Source of the DNA: a virus
DNA: 64,000 nt
Virus record (IMG/VR): IMGVR_UViG_3300030109_004085
Coordinates: 19,882 to 83,881 of that record
Direction: 5' to 3' (one strand)
Shown here: positions 45,916 to 54,951 of the stretch, piece by piece
How positions within the stretch are numbered: position 1 is the stretch's first letter
How the letters are laid out: each line of letters begins with the position of its first letter
Position numbers and translations under genes: made by a program
Notes under the pieces: model-generated
Told to the model about the DNA's origin: nothing
Seen by the model: the letters and a program-made list of their open reading frames with translations, nothing else
The model's database searches: none

Positions 45916-47826
45916 CTAGACGATTCTCCAAGCGTTTGCTGCAACGTATACCAAAGATATAGCAGCGTATGGGGACTCAAGACTAACGTTGGCTTCGCCA
46001 TCAATTAGGTGAGAACCCTGGCACGCGACTCTAAGGGTACGGGAGTTGGTAATGTTACCAGCCTTGACGTGTACAACATCACCAACAGTTGGTGCTGCTG
46101 GAAGGTCTACGCCTACATTGCCCGCTGAAATGTCAGCGAAGTAGTTGTAACCTTCTGCGAGTACATCGCCATCAGCCTTAAGAGCAACATCGTTACCAGT
46201 AACGCTAAGCTGACCGGAAGCGGCCGAAAGACCGGCTCCTGCCATTAAGCCTACAAGATCAGCCCACTTTTCTTTCTTGGCGTCACCAGTAGCACCGCCA
46301 TCAAGGAACATCACGTAATCGTCAGCAACTGTCATAGCTGCTTCAGTCAACAATGCTGGACCGTCAATGAAGAGGTTATCAACACCGATCTTCTTGAGTG
46401 TTCCACCATCGGAGATCAAAAGCTCATCAGCTGCAGCAAGTCCGTCTAGAGCAAGCTCTGTCTGGGCGCTAATGACGTCGTCGTTAAGCATGGTAGCGTG
46501 GACAGCGTCAGCAGCGATGGATACTACACCAGCGTTTGTCATGGAAATGTCACCAGAAAGCTCGAAAGAACTGTAATCAGATCCGTCAGCAATCATAATG
46601 TGCTTGTTGGTAGCTGCCAATGAATCATCAAAGATGCTCATCATGGAAGGCTCAACAGCGTCAGCAGCGATGGTGAGAGCACCACCGGCAGCAATTGTAG
46701 CATCACCGGAAACCGATGCGTAGATCAAGTTGTCACGAACGTCAGCGAAAGAATCACCCTTCATCAAGCTGTCGTCAGCATCTCGGAAGTAAACCAAGTC
46801 TGCTGCAGCAGCCACTGCGGATGCAACACCGTCAAGACGAACTGTGCCACCAAGCTCAAGCTTGCTGGAACCGGAGATCGCGCCGCCGAACTCGCCAGCG
46901 CCGTCGACTGCAACGGATGCACCCTGGAGCTGACCGGAACCGGAAACTGTCGAGGTAGAGACAAGGCTCTTAGCACTAAGGTCACCATCAGCGTCGACTG
47001 AGAATCCAGTCATTGTGATGGTAGCCATTGTGAGATCGCCAGTGCCGTCTACGTTACGGTAGCCTGAAATGTCCTTGTTGGCATCAACGATAACAGCCTT
47101 GGAAGCAGCAACTGTACCGGCGGTGATACCGTCGACTAAGTTAAGCTCTGCAGCTGTCGAGGTGACGAGTACGCCACCAAGCTTTAGACCGTTAGTCGCA
47201 TCGTGAGATGCAATGTCAAAGTCGTAAGCACCGTCCTTGATTGTGATGTCACCACCACCAGCAAGTGTAATCATGTCACTGATTGAATCTGGACCGATGG
47301 TTGATCCATCGTCCACCTTAAGGCTCTTAAGAGCCGTGTCACCATCAGCGTCGACTGCAAAACCAGTCATTGTGATGGTAGCCATTGTCAGATCTCCGTC
47401 GCCATCGACGTTACGGAAACCGCTAGCGTCTTTGTTAGCGTCTACAACAACTGCCTTAGAAGCAGCAACAGTACCGTTGGTGATGCCGTCGAGCTTCTCC
47501 ATGTCAGCTTCGTTAAGATCGGCAGAACCAATGATGAACGAAGTAGCAGCAGTGACTGAACCACCAAGGAATGTAGCTGAGCCGAACTCAAGCAGAGTTG
47601 AACCAGAGACATTGCGGAAACCGTCAGCGTCACTGTTAGCGTCAACAACAACTGCCTTATTAGCTGATACTGAACCAGCTGTGATGCCGTCAAGCATCTC
47701 AAGCTCAGACTCCGACAATGAAGCGTTACCAATAACAACTTCGAAGCCGGAAGCAAGCTCTACGTTACCCTCTTGAAGAAGGGCACCTGAAAGGATCGCA
47801 GATCCTCTTTGGAATTTATAAGCCAT
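45916..47826 (-). CDS. Fibre/decoration-like virion protein with three internal repeats
   Basis: DGIT.G.V.A.KAV.VDAN.D..G.RNV three times; strong AGGAGG SD. Confidence 0.7.
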   Translation of the reverse strand: MAYKFQRGSAILSGALLQEGNVELASGFEVVIGNASLSESELEMLDGITAGSVSANKAVVVDANSDADGFRNVSGSTLLEFGSATFLGGSVTAATSFIIGSADLNEADMEKLDGITNGTVAASKAVVVDANKDASGFRNVDGDGDLTMATITMTGFAVDADGDTALKSLKVDDGSTIGPDSISDMITLAGGGDITIKDGAYDFDIASHDATNGLKLGGVLVTSTAAELNLVDGITAGTVAASKAVIVDANKDISGYRNVDGTGDLTMATITMTGFSVDADGDLSAKSLVSTSTVSGSGQLQGASVAVDGAGEFGGAISGSSKLELGGTVRLDGVASAVAAAADLVYFRDADDSLMKGDSFADVRDNLIYASVSGDATIAAGGALTIAADAVEPSMMSIFDDSLAATNKHIMIADGSDYSSFELSGDISMTNAGVVSIAADAVHATMLNDDVISAQTELALDGLAAADELLISDGGTLKKIGVDNLFIDGPALLTEAAMTVADDYVMFLDGGATGDAKKEKWADLVGLMAGAGLSAASGQLSVTGNDVALKADGDVLAEGYNYFADISAGNVGVDLPAAPTVGDVVHVKAGNITNSRTLRVACQGSHLIDGEANVSLESPYAAISLVYVAANAWRIV

Positions 47827-47976
47827 TTTTTAAATCCTCCTATGGAAATGACCGAGACTATAATCACAAATTTAGGGTAGCACTACGGAGGAGAAGGAAT
47901 CTAAAATATACCCACATCAGTCTCTTGAAATATATACCAGTTGGACGATTAAGAATCAGAAATATTTTAAATTATT

Positions 47977-49953
47977 TTAATAAATAAACCAGTCGGACCC
48001 ATCGGTGTATAGGAACACCGATCCGTAAGGTGATTCAAGGTATATAGCTGGGGCTCCGTCAATCGTTTGTGATCCTGCTGGGTTAAGAATTACGGAGGTT
48101 GCAGAAGAGGCTTGTCCGGACTCGTCTTTAACAACTAAAGTCTGACCCGCAGAAAAATCTGTGGCATTAAACAATATGTTTGTTGGAACTGCTGATACAC
48201 CAATAATATAATTTCCAGCTGACGCAGTATAACTTGTCGCCACAGACACTCTATTGTGTGCTAAACCGCCATTAACTGTCAGCCTATTGTTGGCAACATT
48301 ATATGACACTTTTGTCGTGCCACTGATTTCATTTGAAATTGGATTGTCAACCCTAAACTGAAGGGCACCAACTGGGCCGTCTCCTGTTGTGATGGCTGAT
48401 GCTGTAACGTTTGTAAGATGTCGCCCATCACCGAAATACAAGCTTGCTGACACAAAGGATGAGCATGTCAGGTTATGCCACAAAGAAGTAGTCGCTGTCA
48501 TTGCACTGGCTGATATAAGAGTTGTTGAGGTTACATTAGCAAACTGACCAGCGCTGGCTGACATCGTGGTTGTCCCATCTTCAGACACATCGCCCAGGCT
48601 AGCGACAACACCGCCGCCATTTGAAATATCATGAATCTCAATTGCGCCGGCGATCTTAAGTGGTGATCCACCAATAAGTGTGCCGGCAATTGAAACATCG
48701 CCGCCGAAGAAAGAGTTGGCTGACGCAGAGAGACCCCCTACAACAGTTAGTTCATGAGATGGGTTAGAGGTTCTAACACCGACTTTACCCGAGCCAGTTA
48801 CGACTAATATATCAGCCGCCGCCGAACTAGAGACTTGCAAAAGATTTTGATTGCCAGAACCTGATATATAAATTCTGGCTGGGATTGGCTCTCCTGCGGC
48901 GCCGTCGCGAAACGCCATATTACCGCTTGAATTCATTTGCCAACGAACCGTGGCACTATCAAAATCATTGTTTTGTGTCTGAAACTTCAGCATACCGTTA
49001 GAGGACTGAATTTGATATTGAGTCGTCTGGTCGGTTTCAAAAAACTGGATCCTTGGACGTAACCCCGTAAAACGAATTGCTGGGCTGGTGTCTACAGAGC
49101 TAGTTCCTATTTCTAGAGTCACATCTGGTGTAAAAGTGTTTACGCCTAGGCGCCCAGAGCCAGTTAGGAAGACTAAGTTACTGTCTCCCGTAAACGCGCC
49201 AGACCCAGACTGCAATTGCACTGCACCAACGATACCGTCGGCAGCTTCGCCGGTCGCGGAGATAGTAAGGGTGCTATTAGGTCCTGCATCAACAAACTCT
49301 ATACCTGTTCCCGCTGCGAGCCTTCTTTCATTTGGTAGCTTGATTTCTGAATTAAGTGTGATGTACGTCGCCTCTAAGGGAGGGTATGGCACCGGTCGCG
49401 GAGCGGGGGATGAAACATCAGACTCTTCCTGCTGTTGCAAGGTAGGTCGATCTATACCGGGGACAATTCTAAACGCGCCATCCCGGGCCCTTACACACTC
49501 GGCGCTAATTTGAAACTTGTGTTCTACCTGTCCAAAATAAAAGCGAGTATCATTGTAGGTTTTAACAATCTCATAGAACACATCGCCATACTGTACAAAG
49601 TCACCGACGCGAACAAAGAGATTCTGATCTTCTACGAGTCTGCGACGATGAAAGTTAACTGTGAGTTTAGTTTGATATTCGTAACCAAACTTAGTATTGG
49701 TCTGTTCATTTTGAACATCGACATATGCAAACACGCGCACCGGTGGCAAGGATACTTTTTCTTTAGCTTCGCCATAAACATCATTGAAGTTTGATTCTTC
49801 TATACTTATGGGATAGTAAGCTATTGTTTGACCAAGAACTCTTTCGGCTAGCTCATCATTAACTTGCTTTACAAGATTACGCTCCTTTTCACCAAAAAAC
49901 ATTGGCGCCGGTGGCGTCTGGGGTCTTGTCCATTTATTTTTTGGATCGGACAT
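47977..49953 (-). CDS. gp14-like neck domain fused to a fibre-like C-terminus
   Basis: First ~160 aa are highly similar to 49969-50481; followed by GVNT.TP...L and GKVGV fibre repeats. Confidence 0.7.
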   Translation of the reverse strand: MSDPKNKWTRPQTPPAPMFFGEKERNLVKQVNDELAERVLGQTIAYYPISIEESNFNDVYGEAKEKVSLPPVRVFAYVDVQNEQTNTKFGYEYQTKLTVNFHRRRLVEDQNLFVRVGDFVQYGDVFYEIVKTYNDTRFYFGQVEHKFQISAECVRARDGAFRIVPGIDRPTLQQQEESDVSSPAPRPVPYPPLEATYITLNSEIKLPNERRLAAGTGIEFVDAGPNSTLTISATGEAADGIVGAVQLQSGSGAFTGDSNLVFLTGSGRLGVNTFTPDVTLEIGTSSVDTSPAIRFTGLRPRIQFFETDQTTQYQIQSSNGMLKFQTQNNDFDSATVRWQMNSSGNMAFRDGAAGEPIPARIYISGSGNQNLLQVSSSAAADILVVTGSGKVGVRTSNPSHELTVVGGLSASANSFFGGDVSIAGTLIGGSPLKIAGAIEIHDISNGGGVVASLGDVSEDGTTTMSASAGQFANVTSTTLISASAMTATTSLWHNLTCSSFVSASLYFGDGRHLTNVTASAITTGDGPVGALQFRVDNPISNEISGTTKVSYNVANNRLTVNGGLAHNRVSVATSYTASAGNYIIGVSAVPTNILFNATDFSAGQTLVVKDESGQASSATSVILNPAGSQTIDGAPAIYLESPYGSVFLYTDGSDWFIY

Positions 49954-49968
49954 TCACTCGTTACTCCT

Positions 49969-50481
49969 TTAAGGTCTTGTAATAGCTTCCTTAACTCTAA
50001 ATAGACCTCTACGAGCGCGAACACACTCAGCACTTACTTGAAATTTGTGCTCTACTTGTCCAAAGTAATATCTTGTATCATTATATGTTTTTACTATTTC
50101 GTAAAATAAGTCGCCATATTGAACAAAATCGCCAGCGCGAACAAAAAGGTTTTGGTCTTCGACCAATCGGCGGCGATTAAAATTAATTGTAAGTTTGGAT
50201 TGATATTCATATCCATACTTTTCATTATCTTGTTCGTTGTCAACAATAACGTACGCAAACACGCGCACGGGCGGAAGCGTAACTTTATCTATTGCTTCGC
50301 CGTATGTTGAATTAAAGTCAGTGTCTTTCATGCTGACAGAATAGTAAGCTACTGACTGACCTACAACACGTTCGGCCAGCTCATCATTAACTTGCTTTAC
50401 AAGGTCACGCTCGTTTTGCCCAAAGAACATTGGGGGCGGGGGCGCATCAGGTTGCGTCCATTTGTTCTTAGGGTCAGACAC
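49969..50481 (-). CDS. Neck/head-closure protein (gp14-like)
   Basis: YGEAIDK...PVRVFA, L..RAGDFVQYG..FYEIVK. Confidence 0.65.
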   Translation of the reverse strand: MSDPKNKWTQPDAPPPPMFFGQNERDLVKQVNDELAERVVGQSVAYYSVSMKDTDFNSTYGEAIDKVTLPPVRVFAYVIVDNEQDNEKYGYEYQSKLTINFNRRRLVEDQNLFVRAGDFVQYGDLFYEIVKTYNDTRYYFGQVEHKFQVSAECVRARRGLFRVKEAITRP

Positions 50482-50487
50482 GGGGCG

Positions 50488-50901
50488 CTACCCCACTGAG
50501 GCGTTAAGGGAGCCAGACCAGTTTGAACCAGACGGTGAAAGAGCAGTGTGGTCAAGTTGATCCGTATTGATAAAGGTCAGCCCAGCAAGAAGACCAAAAG
50601 CATCCACTGAGCCCGTATAGTAAAACTCTGTGACTTTTAGTTCGTATAGCACGGACGATGTCGCCGGAACCACAAACACATTAGTTAGTTCGCTAACTCC
50701 AAGGGAGCTAAAACCGCAGATTAGCTCGTTAGTTTCATCTGTGTTTGTTACCGATATAAACTTGGTCACATTGGGGAACGTGATTTTATGCGGTCCAGCA
50801 CCAGCTGACGCATTGTCGATGGGTCCTTTGACAAAGGGAATACCGGAAACCTGATAGGCTCCTACCAGACCCAGACCCGGCTTATAATTGTATGTTGACA
50901 T
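50488..50901 (-). CDS. Hypothetical virion protein
   Basis: GLG.VGAYQVSGIPF; late motif at 50919-50926. Confidence 0.65.
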   Translation of the reverse strand: MSTYNYKPGLGLVGAYQVSGIPFVKGPIDNASAGAGPHKITFPNVTKFISVTNTDETNELICGFSSLGVSELTNVFVVPATSSVLYELKVTEFYYTGSVDAFGLLAGLTFINTDQLDHTALSPSGSNWSGSLNASVG

Positions 50902-50918
50902 CTATATCTCTCCGTTAT

Positions 50919-50926
50919 TAAATAGT
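50919..50926 (-). promoter_or_regulatory. Putative late promoter ACTATTTA
   Basis: About 18 nt upstream of 50901. Confidence 0.6.
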
Positions 50927-50940
50927 AAAGTAAAACAAGA

Positions 50941-51162
50941 TTACCTAAACAATTTCTCTTGTTCTTTTCTTACTTGCTTCTGTTGCTCACGAATGGCCTT
51001 TTGTTTTTTCAATCGCTTTGTTATAGAAGGCTTAATATAATAATCAGTTTTACTTCTATATTCCTGTACGATTTTTTGTTTCTTACACTTGCGATTAAAC
51101 CTTCTGATTAGCTTTTCGTCGGATTCTCCGCGTCTTTTAGTGACTCTAACATTGACAGGCAT
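50941..51162 (-). CDS. rpsU: Phage-encoded 30S ribosomal protein bS21
   Basis: V...GES.EKLIRRFNRKC...I.QEYR...YYIKPS..KR.K...AIR. Confidence 0.85.
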   Translation of the reverse strand: MPVNVRVTKRRGESDEKLIRRFNRKCKKQKIVQEYRSKTDYYIKPSITKRLKKQKAIREQQKQVRKEQEKLFR

Positions 51163-51166
51163 TTTA

Positions 51167-51616
51167 CTATTTTCTCTCTTTCATTTCATTCATGTGAGCA
51201 TTCCAGTTGTGTCCCACTGATCCAAAAAGGTTGGTAATATCAACTCCAGGGTCTTGTGAAGACTGTCCAGACATCGATGACGCCTGAGACGTTGGTGACT
51301 GCTCGGATGGCGCCGGCGTTGTGCCTTCAAACAAGTCAACGCCGTTATATGCCCCGCCGCCTATAGCAGCCATTAGTTTCTTTTTGTGTTGCTTAAGTTT
51401 ACCCGATTGCTCTTTACTGAATGCATTTGCTTTCATTCTTTCCATAGCAGGTTCCACTTTTGGCTCTGGAGCTTTGGCTTCAATTAAGGTCTGTGAGGAC
51501 ATGCCCTTGACAACCTCGGCAATAACACCGGAAATTAACCCGTCTTCAAGAAGCGATTCCTTAATACATTCCTGAACTATAGGTTTTATTAGTTTTTTGA
51601 ATTCTGATTTTTTCAT
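51167..51616 (-). CDS. Hypothetical head-associated protein
   Basis: MKKSEFKKLIKPIVQECIKESLLE leader. Confidence 0.65.
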   Translation of the reverse strand: MKKSEFKKLIKPIVQECIKESLLEDGLISGVIAEVVKGMSSQTLIEAKAPEPKVEPAMERMKANAFSKEQSGKLKQHKKKLMAAIGGGAYNGVDLFEGTTPAPSEQSPTSQASSMSGQSSQDPGVDITNLFGSVGHNWNAHMNEMKERK

Positions 51617-52060
51617 TTATTCCTCGGCTGCGACACCGGCCAATGTTTCAATGGCTTGTTTAAGAGATACGTTTACTTTGTTGAGATCACCGTAAACTAT
51701 TTGTTGAGCCCTATTGTCATCCAATCCTAGCTTTACAGCGTCAATAAGAGCAGCTTGTAATTCTTTTTGAAATCGAGCTTGAACCTTCTTTATTCTTTTG
51801 CCTAGTGACTTTCTCAACACAACCACTTCTTTATCTTGAGCAGCACCTTTTCTCGCTGCCGCCGCGCGCTCAAGTTCTGCTGCAGCTTCAGGCGCACCAA
51901 GAGCACCAGCAGCTTTGGCGCCTAATTTGGATGCAGCGCTGGCTGCTTTCCCTTTGGCGCTAGCAGCACGAGCCTTAAGTCTATCAAGTAAGCCCTCCTC
52001 AACTGCAGCATCAATTTCTTCTTTAATGATCTTTTTCAATCTTTCTTCTGATATTTTCAT
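51617..52060 (-). CDS. Putative internal head protein with MKISEERLKKIIKEE leader
   Basis: Leader shared with 12739 and 12985; Ala/Lys-rich. Confidence 0.65.
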   Translation of the reverse strand: MKISEERLKKIIKEEIDAAVEEGLLDRLKARAASAKGKAASAASKLGAKAAGALGAPEAAAELERAAAARKGAAQDKEVVVLRKSLGKRIKKVQARFQKELQAALIDAVKLGLDDNRAQQIVYGDLNKVNVSLKQAIETLAGVAAEE

Positions 52061-52063
52061 TTC

Positions 52064-52663
52064 TTAGTCCCCAGTAATCTCATTCATAAGATTAATAATC
52101 TTGTTATTTTTCTGAACTTGTTCGTTCATTAGCTTGCCTTCTGACAAAGCCATGAAAGCATTTGGGGTTGAAGGCTCGGACACAATGTCAAAACAAATTA
52201 ACTGGAAGTCATCTTCCACAATTGTCTTGCCCATTCTTTCGCTTACGGATCCCATGCCTCGGGAGGAGATGCCGATCTTGACACCCGAATCAACCAGAGC
52301 GCGTAGAATCTGTCCTGACGGCGTGTCAAGAACTTTGCACTTACCCATTACTGATGATCCATCCATCCATACCTCTGTAATCATATGTGACACATTGACA
52401 AGGTTAATAATAGAAGACTCTGGATGGTCAAGCTCGCCTAGGGCGCGGCGATCATCAACAACATCTTTGTATCTTTTTACTTCTCGCTGCAAGACCGGGA
52501 GCGGATACACGCGACCGTTGCCATTCTGTACCTCTGCCTCCTGCAGTTTGCCGGTCAACATCATACCACCATCACGGACAAAGGACTTCTCGGATTCCGT
52601 CAGTAAGTCCTGACAGACGCCGCCTTCGCATAGTTCATAAAATTCTCGTAGTAATTGGGCCAT
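52064..52663 (-). CDS. Prohead protease (gp21-like)
   Basis: NGNGRVYP, GELDHP, GISSRGMGS, FDIVSEPSTPNA. Confidence 0.93.
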   Translation of the reverse strand: MAQLLREFYELCEGGVCQDLLTESEKSFVRDGGMMLTGKLQEAEVQNGNGRVYPLPVLQREVKRYKDVVDDRRALGELDHPESSIINLVNVSHMITEVWMDGSSVMGKCKVLDTPSGQILRALVDSGVKIGISSRGMGSVSERMGKTIVEDDFQLICFDIVSEPSTPNAFMALSEGKLMNEQVQKNNKIINLMNEITGD

Positions 52664-52665
52664 AA

Positions 52666-53394
52666 TTATTCTTCGTAGGTTGTTCTGTACGCCCGGGTCG
52701 GACCATCGAAATCGCGGTCACGTTCGCGACTCTTACGATCTCTTTCGGCGCGTTCCTTTTCTTTCTGTCCGGCTTCCCACTTATCTAATTGGCGGTTTCG
52801 GATGTCCTGGGCTTTTCTTCTCTTTGCTCGATCTTGCGCACTCGCCCTGTCGCTGGCGGTTTTTTCCTTCTTGCGGGCAGCGCGATCGGCAACCCTCTGG
52901 TCGAGCGCTGCGGTGTCGGCGTCCATGCGGGCACGTTTCTGGCGCGCGTCCTTGCTGTATCCCCGGGGCTTGCCCAGCATAAGGTCGCCCATAAAGTCGT
53001 CAGCACCCTGAACGAAGTCTTTGAATCCCTCTTCGATCTCTTCTTCCTGGTTCCACATTGCCCAAACCTCTGGGTGGTCTTGTTTAAGAAACTGGTAAAT
53101 GTCTTGTTTGCCGGGAGGATTCGTGGCATAGTTGGATCGATCGATTGTACGTGCAGCGCGCGAGTGAGCCCTAGGGTCTTTCTCAAACGCGAGACGCTCT
53201 TCACCAGACGCGTCAAGATCGTCGGCAGCGAGTTCTTCCGCGCTGCGCTCGTCGGCCGGCATTGCCAGATCGATATCTCCATAAAGTCCCTCATCGAGAT
53301 CCTCTTCAAGTCGGGAACCATCATCATTGCGATTCACTGTCTCGTTCAAGAAGTATCTTGGGTCTATTCGTTTTACATTTTTTCTGCGTGCCAT
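52666..53394 (-). CDS. Charged hypothetical protein, possible internal head protein
   Basis: RIDPRYFLNE N-terminus; acidic half followed by basic half. Confidence 0.6.
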   Translation of the reverse strand: MARRKNVKRIDPRYFLNETVNRNDDGSRLEEDLDEGLYGDIDLAMPADERSAEELAADDLDASGEERLAFEKDPRAHSRAARTIDRSNYATNPPGKQDIYQFLKQDHPEVWAMWNQEEEIEEGFKDFVQGADDFMGDLMLGKPRGYSKDARQKRARMDADTAALDQRVADRAARKKEKTASDRASAQDRAKRRKAQDIRNRQLDKWEAGQKEKERAERDRKSRERDRDFDGPTRAYRTTYEE

Positions 53395-53453
53395 TGTTTT
53401 GGTTCCCTTAAAGTTTAAAAATTTAACGTGGGGGCTTTCACCCCCACAGATAG

Positions 53454-53504
53454 TCAGCTACCGGAGCAGCAGCGGCGCACGGGCTGGATTTGCCACTTTT
53501 TCAT
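53454..53504 (-). CDS. 16-aa micropeptide MKKWQIQPVRRCCSGS
   Basis: GGAGGTGA SD, ATGA overlap with the upstream gene, hairpin after the UGA. Confidence 0.5.
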   Translation of the reverse strand: MKKWQIQPVRRCCSGS

Positions 53505-53818
53505 GATTCACCTCCCTTATGGACCAGTTTGATCCCGAAATCATTTACCAACATACTCAAAAAGTATGAAGTTCCAGCACTAATACACCCATATAGAAAT
53601 GCATCTACGAGCGTATAGTCAAAATTAAATAGTTCCGTATAGGGACTTATGCCCCACAGAAACACACCAACCCAAAATCCCATACACAAATGGCAGTGGA
53701 ATAAACGACCAAATCCCCACATTGATTTGCAGGGTGGGCGGATCTTATTAAAGATGTGTCCGTGTATAATAATAAATGTCATGCCGTAAGCGGCAAGTAT
53801 AAAATGTAATAGTTCCAC
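53501..53818 (-). CDS. Membrane protein with CxxC (DUF1360-like)
   Basis: LFHCHLCMGFWVG and about three hydrophobic segments. Confidence 0.65.
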   Translation of the reverse strand: MELLHFILAAYGMTFIIIHGHIFNKIRPPCKSMWGFGRLFHCHLCMGFWVGVFLWGISPYTELFNFDYTLVDAFLYGCISAGTSYFLSMLVNDFGIKLVHKGGES

Positions 53819-53823
53819 TATCT

Positions 53824-54441
53824 TTATCTTTTCATTTCAATTGATGAAGCATCTGAATTTTTATATTCAGTGTTGCTGTTAATCCAGGTTACCAAATGCT
53901 TGGTCAGGTCAGGGACCTCCATGTCGTCGCCCTGTAGGGCTTGGGCGACAAGCCTTTTGATTTCATCAAAAATGCCTGACTCGTTGTAGTATTTTGCCTC
54001 ATACTCATTGGAGATCAAATCGAGTGTTTCATCGTCAATGCAAAAAACATTTAAAAGTTGTCGAATTTCTTTCTTGCCAGTATCAATCTTTTTGGCGCTT
54101 GACCGTTGAAGTAAGCTACTAATTAGCCCTGCCGTTGCCCCAACAAGACCGGCGATGCCCACTGAGAGCCCGCCAGTTGCCGGGGCAAAGAGAGCACCCG
54201 CGCCGACCAGAACGCCGACAAGCGGTTCGAGATCTTCAAGTCTTGCTTTAAGGGGACTATTAAGTTGTTTTTCAAGCTTATCAATCTCCTTTGCGCGTTG
54301 CTCGTCGTCTTCTATAGTGCCGACCATACTTAAAGCAACGTCTGATAATTTAACATTATTAGTAGGGCAATCTGAATACTCCTGCTCAAGGACGCGACCA
54401 TATGAGCGCCAGCTTTCCATTATGAGTTTCATATCAGACAT
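53824..54441 (-). CDS. Hypothetical protein with MKLIMESWR leader and hydrophobic hairpin
   Basis: LVGVLVGAGALFAPATGGLSVGIAGLVGATAGLI. Confidence 0.65.
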   Translation of the reverse strand: MSDMKLIMESWRSYGRVLEQEYSDCPTNNVKLSDVALSMVGTIEDDEQRAKEIDKLEKQLNSPLKARLEDLEPLVGVLVGAGALFAPATGGLSVGIAGLVGATAGLISSLLQRSSAKKIDTGKKEIRQLLNVFCIDDETLDLISNEYEAKYYNESGIFDEIKRLVAQALQGDDMEVPDLTKHLVTWINSNTEYKNSDASSIEMKR

Positions 54442-54444
54442 AAC

Positions 54445-54951
54445 TTAGTACCGGTTGCGTAGTGGATGATAGTAGTAGCCAGGACGCATTGAGCCCTTTT
54501 CGGCATACTGTGGAACCTCGCCGTATTCGGTGGAGTCGCGGTCGGATGGATGCGTATACATATCTTCCAACTCTCTCTCATACTCGTCGGCAATGCGCTC
54601 GTGCTCAGCCTCGTAGTGAATAAACTCAGCGATTACATAAGTGGCAGCCTGCAAAGGATTAACCTCATCATTTTCAAAAATCTTTCCTTCTAATGAACGG
54701 AATACATTTCCTCCCTGGATGGTGGAACGATCAACAATTCCTTTATCGGCTAGCAACTCCAACAGACGATCCTGATAATCATAGACATCATCCGAGATTG
54801 TCGTCTTAGGCATCGTTGTAACTTTCATTTGCTTCGGCATCACAGCAATATCAATTTTATTGTGATCCATAATAAGAAGCGAACCATCGAGAGCTTTGCG
54901 CGCTTTAAGTTCTACTGTGGCCTGTGGTCCGCCAATCTTGATGCTAATCAT
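54445..54951 (-). CDS. Hypothetical protein
   Basis: 168-aa ORF in the head module. Confidence 0.7.
   Translation of the reverse strand: MISIKIGGPQATVELKARKALDGSLLIMDHNKIDIAVMPKQMKVTTMPKTTISDDVYDYQDRLLELLADKGIVDRSTIQGGNVFRSLEGKIFENDEVNPLQAATYVIAEFIHYEAEHERIADEYERELEDMYTHPSDRDSTEYGEVPQYAEKGSMRPGYYYHPLRNRY

Noticed and set aside
46980-47500. Direct DNA repeats as a CRISPR array or DGR template/variable pair
   Set aside because: They are in-frame protein repeats within a fibre-like gene; there is no spacer structure and no reverse transcriptase in the window
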